Origin: Ramazzottius varieornatus
Taxonomy: Eukaryota; Animalia; Tardigrada
Direction: 5' to 3'
NCBI GenBank assembly: GCA_001949185.1
Contig: BDGG01000008.1
Location: forward strand, 558,001 to 622,000
Length of the DNA stretch: 64,000 nucleotides
This document shows, piece after piece, positions 1 through 11,809 of this stretch. Below the pieces are notes generated by a model. It was not told where the DNA came from and ran no database searches. It saw only the letters and a list, made by a program, of their open reading frames with translations. The position numbers and the translations under genes were made by a program. Each line of letters opens with the position of its first letter. Position 1 is the first letter of the stretch.

Positions 1-379
1 CAACCAGTAGTTCCTCTTTGGCTTCAGTCGTGAAAGCAGCGAAGTCTTCAGCGCTTAGGAGTGTCTGTGCCGAGTTGATGATGTCCCGAGCTTTCTTTGG
101 TGTCTCCTCTACTTTACCACTCAAGAAAAGAGAAGCGCAAGCAATAACATACTTGTTGAACTCCCGGAAAGAGTGGAACATGTAGAATCTGTGGAAGAAC
201 ACCAGTCCTGTAGCGCAGGCATCGTAGCGAAGCTTCAAGCTGTTCCCGATGTCCAGCAAGAGTCGCGCACCTTCTCGACGCATCGTCATTTCCTGGTCAG
301 CGCGAATCCCCATGGCTTGGCTCGGCGTCCTCTCCAGTTGATCCTTGGAGAAGTACCAGCATATCGTTGGCTGCGGCAT
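1..379 (-). CDS. CCNK: Cyclin K, N-terminal part (truncated by window edge)
   Basis: Manual translation from ATG 379: MPQPTICWYFSKDQLERTPS...RREGARLLLDIGNSLKLRYDACATGLVFFHRFYMFHSFREFNKYVIACASLFLSGKVEETPKK. These match the cyclin K motifs CWY, RREGAR, FHRFYMFHSF and GKVEETPKK. Splice acceptor just upstream (~393). Confidence 0.93.
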   Translation of the reverse strand, partial: MPQPTICWYFSKDQLERTPSQAMGIRADQEMTMRREGARLLLDIGNSLKLRYDACATGLVFFHRFYMFHSFREFNKYVIACASLFLSGKVEETPKKARDIINSAQTLLSAEDFAAFTTEAKEELLV

Positions 380-1554
380 CGTGAAGGTGCACCTGAAAAG
401 ATCTGGCAAACAAAATGGCAGAGAAGAGGAACTCACAACAATTAACACTGAATCACTGATTCTATGATCTCAATCTTCAGCTTGAAACTTCCGGCTGGAG
501 TTCTCGATTGATTGACGAGTTGTCTTGAATGCACCACAACGGCGACATGTTACAATGATGTAATATCCTCTGTGATATGTCCAGGTCATGTCTGCTGTCG
601 GAAACACTCGGCCTGCTGACCAGCTTTCAGACAACCCCGGAAGTCCAGAACAGCTGAACGACCTCGTCCAAGAAAACATGATTCGGTTAATCCCTTTTAC
701 CTTACAACTAGAGCGTCTTGTCGTACCAATCGATAGGTTCAGATCAACGAGAAGAATATTACTTCTGCGTTTTCAATACTGACGTAGGAAAAAACTGGAA
801 CAGCTGTTGTTCGCAGCCAAGGAATTAGGGATAAGATTCTAAGAGAGAATTAAATACAGTCGCTAACATGGATGAAAATGAGTACCAGAGCGGGATATCC
901 ATCGTCAGCAAGCCCTCTTTCTCTCCCGTCATTCAGTAGTTATCGAAGAACGGCATGAGTATACAGTGAATAAAAAATCTGCCTGTAGCATAACTTGGTC
1001 TTGATTTTGATAAAACAAAACTTCTTGCCCAAAGTTAATCTATGCTAAGAAGGGTAAAACGGGCTTTTGGAAAAGTTTAAGTTTGGTTAAAAAGAGTCTT
1101 GCAGGTGCCCATCGTTTCCCCGTTCCCCCACTGCTACATAGGCATGGCCGAGTTAAGGTCGTGTTGGGTCATTAAGCAGAAAATGGATGGATGGAAGAGC
1201 ATCAGAAGAATGAGAGGAAGCAGAACAATGAGAAGAACGCATAAAATGAAAGCAAAGCGGGAAGCAAAAAGGGTGCGACAACAAAACGCGCATCGATGAA
1301 AAGACATGAAAACGATAAGATCATCCAAACTAGGCACAACTCAACACTTTCGGTTCCCTCCAAACAACAAGCTCGACGTTACACAGGACAAACAGTGCGT
1401 GATTAACCTAGCAAAGTCCAACGTCGGACTTTGCCTCAAAAGAAAAGAAAGGCCTCTTCGTTGGGTTCGGTCGGTCAGTCAAAAAACAAAATACACGGAA
1501 ACCATCAGCGGTCTCACAGAGATTCGTAACCAGCCGTGCTTTTTGCTCTTTCTC

Positions 1555-3632
1555 CTATTGGGACGGTCCGTCGAAGTCCCAAATCTCCGACAGGAGCGGT
1601 GGCAGCTTGCGCTTCTGCAACTTCAAGGAGAAGAGCAGCTCCGTCCACTCGTGACCCAGAGTGCGCAGCTCTGTCAGGCGCATCAGCAAACGAGCGAAGA
1701 TGACGCTGCGAGGACGGTTCGTGTTCAGGTATCCGCGCAGGGCGGCCAGGTACCGTAACTGTATCTCTTCCACCTTCTTCGATTCCTTCAGCATTGGTCG
1801 CTCTGAAGAATACATCGCGGAAGTAGGTAAGCAAGGCCCAAACAAGTTTGAAAAGACTACCATTCTCAAGTGGCGCACACTCTCCTTGCTATTGACTGGA
1901 AAAAGTGCGCAACTTGGAAAAACCAGCTTGAACGATCTACACCAACTTTTCACGGTTCTCACCAGAAAAGATGATGATGGCGGAGAGGATAGCGTACTCG
2001 GCATTGTCGACTCGCATGGCGCACATAGACTTGCAGAAGTTGTACAAACCATCGCCGTTCGACAGGCCGGCGCTGTTGTAATTCTCTCGCGTGAAGGGAA
2101 CGTTGTTCGCGAATACGATCGAGTCGGTTCCCGTGTCGTACCGGCGAGCGCAGCGCAGCATCACCAGCTCACAAGCACAAGCCTGCAAGAGAAACCAACA
2201 ATTAACCACAGTCCATCGCACGGTTCGGTCTGTGGACTGTGGAATAGAAGACCGAAAGTACCTTCAGTAAAGCAATTTGGTCATCTCGAGTTAAGTGCTC
2301 GAAACCGGGTAATTTCTTGGCGAACTCGACGATCAGCTGGACCGTCAAAATGGTAATCTCCGCCACATGCTGAAAGCTACTGGCCGAATCGTCTTCGGCT
2401 GTGGCGGCGTAATGGGACAATGGCTGCAGAATAAAACCTCATCAAACTTTTGCTCTTCTGATGGAAAGAAATAATGTTCACCGTTATGTTCTTGAAGTCT
2501 TCTTCGCTCGGCAGCTCAAACTGATCCTGGAGGATCACCATATTTTGGATAAGGTCGTGTTGCTCCGTGTTCAGCGTGGCCAGGTCGACGAGAGTGGTGA
2601 TGGTACTCGCCGGACTGGCAGCTGAGGAATTTGGACTGAAGGACTTGGGCGAGACGACATCTTTCACCTGGGGAACCGCAACTGCTACCGTGCCATTCTT
2701 CAGAGGGGAAGTGGCGGAGGTGGAAGACGAGGCGGCCCCTTGCTTTTCCTTCTGCTGCTGTTGTGCTTGTTGCGCTTTGGATTCTCGCTTGGCTTTGCAC
2801 TGTGTTTCCGGCACGACACCTGCAGAAACATACATCCACTCACACCCAGTCCCAGTTTCATTCCAGCTGAATCAGTCAACGTCGACGAATGAGAAGCCCT
2901 CTACTCAGCTTTGAGTACCTGCACACACAACGGCGTACACGTACCGTACTTCAACCGCAGTGCGGCAGTATGCAGGTGCTTGAGAGCACAGCTCACGGTC
3001 TACACCGACTTCTCGAACAGTTCATTCTCGACCTCGAAATTTTTATTATCAATTTTCCGTTGCTAGAAGATTCACTAACGAGGTGCGTGGTTCGGCTCGT
3101 CACATATTATATCTTCACCGATGAAAAACTCGATCTAAACTTACATTCCGGACGCATGCCGATAGCCAGGCATTTTCTCAGCCGGCATTCCTGGCACTTG
3201 CGGCGCATATACATGTCAATGTCACAGCTGCCACCATACTTGCATTGGTAGACGGCATTTTTTGTGATACTCCGTCTGAAAAAACCTGCAACATAGAACA
3301 ATGTTATCTCCATCCATGCCTGGATAGGTCAAACTATCATGGCTACTTATCAACAGACAACTTCCACGAAAAATTATTCATCTCGTGCTTCTTCCACAAC
3401 TCTCACGTCTGATATGCAGACATCTTTTTGCTTTTTCGTGACTCACCTTTGCATCCTTCGCAAGTCAGGGCGTTGTAGTGATAACCGGAAGCTCGGTCCC
3501 CGCAGACGAGGCACAGCTCCTCCTGTTGTTGAGCTCGTGGATAGGGAGGACGCTTCTTTCGCAGGTCCCCACCAATTCCGCTATCCGGACTATTGTAGCC
3601 GTTGATCCCGCTCGAAGACACTTCATCCCGAC
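1555..3632 (-). CDS. EcR: Ecdysone receptor (NR1H1), common region: DBD, hinge and LBD
   Basis: Exons 3632-3447, 3285-3145, 2819-2482, 2423-2262, 2182-1963 and 1802-1555, all GT-AG and in phase. Motifs: [80 protein letters not shown], and AF-2 [10 protein letters not shown]. Confidence 0.96.
1868..1915. mobile_element. Foldback/MITE-like element core in an EcR intron
   Basis: aagtggcgcac-N26-gtgcgcaactt. Confidence 0.7.
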
Positions 3633-5039
3633 CTGCAACAAAAGAATCAAAAATCTAAACAATATGACAGATAATAAAAACGACCGTTGTCACGAACGTG
3701 CATACATTTCACTACAATAAACACACAGCTTGCTGTATGCAGGTGAACGAAAGATGAGTATCTGTTTTGCTTGTTTGTCTATGTTGATTTCGGCCGAGTT
3801 TTTTGTTCTGAAACTGGATCGTAGAATTTACTCTGTGATCCTTTTCCACAAAGCTGCCTATTGTTTCATTAATTCCCCATCCAGTTCCACAAACATTGAA
3901 CTTGACTGACGAACGGCTAAAGTCGGTCAGTAGTGGCGTGACCACCAATGTCGAGAATCGGAAAGCTCACAAAGACCAGATCGGACGTGTTGGTCAAACA
4001 AATATTGCCTCATTTCTGGCATCCTGTCAGTCTCACATCCATGCAGCGTTTCAGGTACTTCACGTTTCTGACATAATACGCAAACAGCAGCACAGCAGCC
4101 ACTCAACCGGTCATCCTGCTGACCACGGCGAACAGAGTGGTCAGACGTGTTTGGCATCAAGGTCGCTTTCGGGGCTGGGTTCTCGTCGTGGGTCGAAGGC
4201 CCACAAATCCTCTTCATCACCTGCTCATCATCCGTCCGCAACTCCACCTCGGACACAGCCAACGCTGAGCTCACAACACGCACAACCGGTCGAAGCCACA
4301 TCCATCGCCTACAAGATCCACACAGGCGTTGCTTCCCAAAGCCTTTCTGTTTCCTTCATCCGCGACAACCCACGGACAAAAACCGCATGCACCCATCTTT
4401 CAACAAAAAGTGTGAGAAGCCCTTCATTCCGCGCTAATCTAACCACAAAACTTCCAAAAGAGCCCGACGCGAAACTTCCGCAGTCAACTGATTCCTTAAA
4501 CATTCCCTAAAAACCACAGTTGATCAAAACACGGGCAGCAAGATTCATTGCAAGTAAGACAACACGGAGGACAATGGACCAGTGGAAGTGGGACATTCTG
4601 CAGAGCTCCTTCCTGGACCGCGAAGAAGCCGCTACGAGTTTGTCAGATGGACTTTGATTTCCAAAAGCGGACCTTGACTCTGCTACCTTATCTTCCTTCG
4701 TATTCGGTAACTCCGTTCACCTCAAAACGTCTTCTAAACTGCTGCAGCTGTCTCGCAAAAGCGCAATAGCTGTCCTTCCTAATCAGAACTGTCCCAGACG
4801 ATATCGGGAGAAACTTCACTTCCTAGAATCCACCCGAAGTAAGCCACCTGTTAAACACAAATAAGGCAACAAACTGCAGCCCACTGATCCATTGATCTTG
4901 GAAAATACAATCAATGGATCCACCGACACTGTGAATCGTTGATTGTTCTGAATGAACGATAACAACCCATTCAGGAATCAAAATGGGAATTTCATTTTAC
5001 GCCCTGTAGTTTTCCTGTCCTTCCCAAATCCCAAACTAC

Positions 5040-5388
5040 CTTCTGCATGTGGATCACAATCCCAGTAGTAATGCTCCATAGGTTCGTGCTTGATGTGGAT
5101 ATCTGTGTAGGAAGAAGGTCCATGCGGGACTGGCGGCGGTCCTCCATGATGGCCAGCATACGCTCCATGTCCCGCATGATGCAGATGGTGCATGGGCGGC
5201 TGCTGATGCGGCGGAGGCATCATGCAAGCTTCCGGTCCCCCTGGATAACTGCCATACTCCATCATTTTATGGCCACCGGCGGAACCTGGCGGAGCTTGTT
5301 GGAGAAGCTGGTGCTGCTGAAAGTGCGAATGGCCGCCCGGGACCATTCCTCCTCCGTTCAAAGCAGGTACTCCTCGATGATGGTCCAT
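5040..5388 (-). CDS. EcR: EcR isoform-specific N-terminal exon (proximal; MDHHRG...IKHEPMEHYYWDCD)
   Basis: ATG-initiated His/Gly/Pro-rich frame ending GAA G|gtagtt in phase 1, which fits the phase-1 acceptor at 3632 (G|GT CGG GAT GAA = GRDE). Confidence 0.75.
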
Positions 5389-7378
5389 CTCTCTGACCTT
5401 CTCCTTCTTCCTTTTAGAAATTCAACCTTGGACGATAAGGAAGTGCACCGACTGCTAAACCATTCTCCACACGATAGCGCTGCTACATCGGAAAATGGAG
5501 AATAACGCGTTCCAACCAAAAAAGTCAAGTTGCAATCGGAAGATGATCAAGGTTGCTGCCTCGAAGATAACGACAAGCAGGCAAGTTAAATGCAAAGGAG
5601 ACGCAATCAGCTGATTACGCCGTCTTCCATTGATCAACAACGCCGATAAACGACAATAGCAGCTTTGCGAATCCACCCAATGAATCCAACAGGTGGTTTC
5701 TTCCCCATAAACAAAATCCTCTTCCACCCTTCTTCCCATCCAGATAGCCGCCTCACTCAACGTGAATTCACCATGAGCGTGTTTTCATTACAGATGAGAC
5801 TCAAAGTGGACCACTCAAGCTCGGACGAGCTCGGGAAACCCCACAAGACAGTAGCGTCTAACGACTGAACAACGACGTGCTGCTGCTCCACAATTGCATA
5901 ACAGGTCGCCGCCGAGAAATGACCAACGCGCGACATTGAACTTTCGCGTTCAACTCGTACCCGTACTATCCGTATCACGTCTGGGTCTGAAATGTAGGTA
6001 CATTTGCTCACACTTTCTTGTTTCAGCTGTACCGTACGTCGAAAGTCCGTCGGGGAACCAACCAGCAAACAGCGAACCCGGTTTCCGCTGGGTACAAATA
6101 CTCGTACCATCTTTATCGTTCAAATAAGGGGGAGTAACCAGCCTGGCGTGTTAGACGTGCAGTCGTGGGAAGATTGTGTTTCGAAGGACCTTATCAAGCG
6201 GCAGTTTGACTGTGGTGTAGACGGAACGAACGCCCTGTTATTACAGGCCAATAAAAATAATATCGGGCCGATGTCAAGGTCTTCGTCTATCAACTGTCCG
6301 TGCGGTCCTTCTATCGCGAATACATACAGTATGTATAAACGTGTCAGCCTCTTATCAGACAAGGAAGAACAATAACGGCCTCCAAGTCCATTCAGCCAAC
6401 TAGCTAGGCTTATCTGATGTCACGCGTCGTCAATTTGCAAACATTTTTGCACTTTACCTGTAACTGTAGTCTGTAGAAAGTATTAAAGTTACGTAAAGCC
6501 ATCAATAGAATAAAATTATCACCTAGATGTCCCTTGAAAGCGATAACGACTCTTTCCAAAGCCTTCGAGTACTGACAGGTTGCATTAACCTTCAGAGCCA
6601 CAGCAGCAACGGCAAGAAAGTTGGAAGAAGGTTGGGGTCGATCACTTCTCTCACCTGACGAGAAAACTTGATAGGAGTTAATTAAGGCTTTGATAGGCAG
6701 TATATGTACGGAAGACATAGGTACAAGTATCAAGGACCGGTTTGTCTCCATCTGATTGAGCAGGATTCTTGCCGGTGACAAGACAGCTAGCTCCACAGCC
6801 CCAACAGCGCCATCCGATCGTTAAACCAAGACCAAAAACCTGTTTCCGGCGTCGTTACTGCATTGCAGGAAAGGTCTCACATATGCCAAAACAAAATGCG
6901 CCGAATAAAAAATCTCTCTCTGACGACGGTCCGGGCAAGGTCCTGAGGAAAATTAATGACTTCAGAGTTCAACAGGTGAGAAGTCACACGGTCATAGGTT
7001 GCGAAGGAAGTCCCTCGATCATCACAGCACCTCAACCGGAAATGCTGAGATATCTGCCTGGAAAACATCTCTCAAAATACCCATTAAAATATTTACAGAA
7101 AGACACCCTGCCGGTAATTCCGCTACTGCCACTCAAGCTGAAACTCGGAAGGACCATTCTTTCATTGAAACTCGCCACCTGTCCATTCTTCCACCTCACT
7201 TGCTCTGAGAGACGGCATCCAGCTGATAAGAAAAATACGCCAACTGGCAGATACGCAAAGTCCTTTAGCTCACTCTTCTCACAAGGCAAACCTTCACCAC
7301 TATATTCACATCTCAAGAAACTTGAAATTTCGAAGGGGCCGGAGGTAACAATACGTAGGATGGTACGACGAGGCTTAC

Positions 7379-7478
7379 CATAGATGTAGTGGTCGGTATA
7401 CATAAAGTACTCGGGGGACTCCGGGGTGGTGGAGGTTTCCTTGCGGTCCCGTTCAGTTTTGATCGACAACAAGGCCAT
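7379..7478 (-). CDS. EcR: Candidate EcR alternative N-terminal exon (MALLSIKTERDRKETSTTPESPEYFMYTDHYIY)
   Basis: 100-nt ATG-initiated exon ending TAT G|gtaagc (strong donor, phase 1). Contains a SUMO-type IKTE motif. Confidence 0.55.
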
Positions 7479-9531
7479 TTCTTCTTCCTGGTACAATATC
7501 CTAATTCCTCGAGAAAACACCAACAGAATAAACGATTAGGAATGTGTCCCCACTTCAACGTTTACACATGAAGCGTTGAAGACGTCAAGTGGACGAAAGG
7601 TAAGGGAGACGGACAATGGTCAAGTCAGCATTCTGGCCGATAATGAATTCCGCAAGCACACGGTGCGGCTGAGGGCGAGCTGACCAGAGATGAAAGAAGA
7701 GCGAAAAAGCAAACCTCTGCTCTGTCGCCAAGGACAAACAAAAGGCTCCGTCCGAAATGGCTTTTTCCAGGGAATTACTATCCCCTGGCCAGACCAAAGA
7801 ACACAAATCAAGGCGGGGATGGAAGGAAGATCAGCGAGGAAGCAAAGGGTAAATACAAACGGCGGACGGACGAGGAAGCAAGGAAGGAAGACTTCTTCTT
7901 CTGCTTTGACGAAGTGCAACCGTCGTTAACGGTGTGATGATTCAAACAGCGGCCAGAATACACTTTCGCTTTTCTTCACCTGACTTCTCTTTTCCTTGTC
8001 GTCGATATCTATCGTTGATACCTCACATTTCTCGTTCCGCCCGCCTTCTTCGATGAGAGCGAATAAGTGATTCGAGATAGTTGTGAGAGAAGCGATTTGC
8101 GTGAAACAAACGAAGTTGACAGACGGAGGGAGGAAAAAGCATCGAAATGCCTCGAGGCGAAACCTCCGCTTCGTAAAAGAGCCTTAAAAAGAAAAGCAGC
8201 TACCGATTTTACAGACTTGAATTTTCAAAACCATCCAAGCAGCCCATTTGATCTCACAGACCTCAAGAACCAGTTCCCATCACACGCAAAGCGAAGTAAT
8301 CAGCCTGGCGCACTCTACTCTGACCATCTTCCGTCAAAGCAAAAAGGCCATGAAGCTTCTCCAACCGTGGTAATGATGCACAGGTCGTTCCTCCGTCAAT
8401 GTTTACGACGAAGCATCATTGCTCACCATCACACACCTCGAGGACTACTGCACATACACCAGACCATAATTCCTTCCTGTGGTGTTTTCCGCGGCAAGAA
8501 CCTCTGTCAAATCATCCATCGATATTAGTTTCAACAAAAGCCATACACCAACCATCGCCGGTGTGTTCCCAGGGACCTTCAGCCACCAGGAGTACAGCAG
8601 AACCCGCACCTTTCATTCGAAATCATATAGAGCAAAAATAGAACTGAAACGGAATTGCTCCACTTTGACCTGCGCAACTGGAAGTGAAAGCTAAATTTGC
8701 TGATTGTCCTGTCACGTGCAGCGCTGGAAGAGGGGGTCTCCCCACTCCCCAGAGACCTTTTCGGCAACTGGATTCAAAGAAATCACGACCTACATACCGG
8801 AAGATCAGGGATTACGGAACACATAATTCATGCTTCAGAGTATTCGATCAAACGGATGTTTTGTCGTCTACGGGAACATATGATCAAGACCTGATCAGCG
8901 CATAATGGTCCTCTTCTTGTGCTCGTGCTGCTGCGTCCACACTCCTAATCTCGCTTCCTGCGTTCCGTTAATGATACAGCCACTTATTTGAGCCATAATT
9001 CGAGCGACAGCATGTTCTTCACCTGCTCCTCCTCCGAATTGATACTCTCGTCAAGTCGCCGACTACTTGGAACCAGGACTAGCTAAGCTATTAATTAAGG
9101 ATCACCGGGATAATTACCGGCTGCCCATGACAGAACATTATATCTCGCTGTCCTGACTCCGACAAAAAAAGCGAACTGGAAGGGCTTGGCTCATTAACCA
9201 TACCCACCGTATGTCTAGGTCTTCTTCCAAGAACAGTTTCTTGTTTCTTTCTCAGCCCGTGTGGAAAGCTGATCAAAGATGGCGCATCGCGCTGGAGCGA
9301 CTACGTCGTATACGCCCTGCTGCGGTCCGGGAAACATGTCGCACACAATTTTCTTTGTGTATTTCACCCCCGAAAAACAAGTCAGTTGACTTGGCATCAT
9401 TTCAAAAAAAACTTCAAGGCCGTTCAACCAGCCGTGAATCGTCTAAGTTGTTGTCAAACCTCTTCCTACCTCAACTAAACTGCCAATTGTGCGGCGTTTG
9501 TGCCCTAAGCTTCAACTCATCAAGAACTTAC

Positions 9532-10288
9532 CGACAATGATTGTCTTGTTTGATGGCGGAGGAGGAGGAGGAGGAGGCGGCAGACTGGAGGGTGGCGAGG
9601 GTTTCGACGGCGTGGCCAAACTGGTGGTGGAACTCTTGGAAGGCCTTGTTACGGGCATGTGCAGCTGGCTTATGATGTGCGCCACGTTGAGAGGTGTCGC
9701 TGGGGAAAGAGGATCCTTTATGCTTGTCGAACTCGACTGCGGACTGCAAAAACAAGAAAAAAAATCGTTGTAAGAACGAAAACGAGCCAGCTAAGTGACT
9801 AGCGAACAAAAAGGTCGGTCTTTCATCCACCTGGACTCATTCATGAGCAGGAGGACCATGTATACAGGTGTGTGAAACACCGGCGCATTTTGGTTTCCAA
9901 TTCCTCACGTAAGTACTTCGAAGGAGAACTTCAAACCAGCAGCTGAAAGAAAGAGTTCAAACCTTCCACAATCTGACCAGTTGTCTGAATCAGACTTTGG
10001 TCTCTTCAAGCTAGCAGGGATCGGCATCTTCTCCGCTTCTTCCTTGATGACGGTAGTGTTAGGTGATTTCAGGGAAAGGTTTTTATAGCGATCAGCGATA
10101 GACGCCGTAGGTGATAAGACCGGGATCTCGCTGTGCTCCCCGTTCATCTTGGAAAGGTTGAGTGGGGAAGAGGCGTTGCGGATGTAACTCTGCACGAGGC
10201 TGACAGCGGCGGAAGTTTTGTCAGAAACCAGCTCGGTGGTGGACGACACAGCGTGATTGTACAGGTCCCGTTTGCGTTTGGCGGCCAT
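9532..10288 (-). CDS. EcR: EcR distal (EcR-A-like) N-terminal exons 10288-9963 and 9743-9532
   Basis: MAAKRKRDLY...VIKEE...LKRPKSDSDNW, then AG|gt (phase 2) joined to a Ser/Pro-rich exon ending GTC G|gtaagt (phase 1). An upstream non-coding exon lies at about 10581-10477. Confidence 0.7.
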
Positions 10289-11762
10289 GAAGAAGGTCCT
10301 CCCTCCCAACTGGTCGACCAGACAGGATGTTGTATCACGCAACGGTGAAAAGCGATACCTTCAAGGAACACACAACAACATTAACTATATGAACAAATTA
10401 ATCAATGCTGAAAATTCAATTTCAAAATTGAAAAGATAGTATCGACACGAAATGCGATACAGACAATGTTACTTACGTTTAGACTTTCACTTCGTCATAC
10501 GAGGAAACTCGAAGACAGATGGATTGTTCCGAACAACAACATAATTTGAAGGGTTCACTGATTGAGCTTTTGTCGCGTCACCTGAAAACAAGAAACGAAC
10601 ACGTGTTACTTCAAGCAACATGAACGATTGGTATTGATTTGTTATAACAGTGACCGATAAATTTCGTCATAGTCTATCATTCATGAATCTGTGAGATACA
10701 TTTTATCGGTCAACCCGCGTTCTTGGTGCCACAACCTAGGGAAGGTTATGGCATACAAAGTTCACACATTCCTTGAGGTCAACATATGATTGTTGACGTA
10801 ATCTGCATCTTGACCAAAGGTCACCCGTAAGAAACACACGTACACTTTTTCTCACCGAAATTAACTCATCACTCCACACGAAATTTCTCTACTTTAACTG
10901 CAACAGGATAATTCTTCACGAAATTCAAAAAGCCGGCAACCAATATCAAGACTCGCTAGACATATTTCTACTTTCACTGCACGGAACTTCTTTTAAAGAC
11001 TGATTATCTAATTTCGCTTCAAGATCAACGCAATTGTCAGTTGTCACTAAACAAGTCTTTTCTCGCTCGCGGCGGACCGAAGCAGATGGCGCCGTTGTTT
11101 TTTGCTGTCCATCATAAAAGCCGGTTTCACCCCGTTTGAAATCTTCCCACACAGTTCGACAAAATTTACTATTGTTACTGCATTAATATAATCTTTGAAA
11201 TATTTCTCTCGAAAAAAAATTTTATTATTAGTGAAGTCCTATTGAAATGAAACTTTCATGTTTGAGTAAGACAAAAACGATTTTAGTGGGATGGAGGGAG
11301 ATTCTAAACCAGTGTCAAGCTTGTACCCCACTTTCCTCAAGCTGACACTTTGGTCATAACAGCTAACACAAGCGAGAGTAATCGATGAGACAAGCAGGAA
11401 GTCCGAGATCACGTTTCATAAGAGGCAGCAGAAACCGTGATGAGCAAGCTCGTCAAAGACTTGTATCAAGGTCGTCCAAGGAAGTTTACGATGGGCAGAT
11501 TTCAATGCCTGCACCACTTCCCGCTACCCTAATCTCATCTCAAACCTGACGCAGCACCACCGTCACACAAAGTTAACATCCTCCATCAACAATCACGGTA
11601 AACGGACCGATACTTCCTCAGGAACTCAGCAAACCATCAACTTCGTTGTTCCCCAATTCACCTGACCAATCCGCGCACCTAGTTGTTCTAGCCAACAAAA
11701 CTCGACGGTAGTGCGAAAAAATTCAGGACGTCGGCAAACAACTTCAAGCACTCGATGGCCTC

Positions 11763-11809
11763 ATGTGGCGCTTTTTCTCATTGTGAATGACCGAAACCGT
11801 GCGCCACTT
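11763..11809. mobile_element. Foldback/MITE-like element core
   Basis: atgtggcgctt-N25-gtgcgccactt. Confidence 0.65.

Noticed and set aside
1803-1962. Foldback element acting as an intron-generating 'introner'
   Set aside because: The element ends do not coincide with splice sites, and several copies lie in long introns or non-coding DNA.
1661-2356. 231-aa + strand ORF
   Set aside because: Antisense shadow of the EcR LBD exons; no independent motif.
3896-4510. 204-aa ORF (and similarly 6769-7383) inside EcR introns
   Set aside because: No recognisable domain or splice support.
10540-10830. AGGTCA/GGTTCA half-sites as autoregulatory ecdysone response elements
   Set aside because: No convincing IR1 or direct-repeat arrangement; half-sites occur at about chance frequency.
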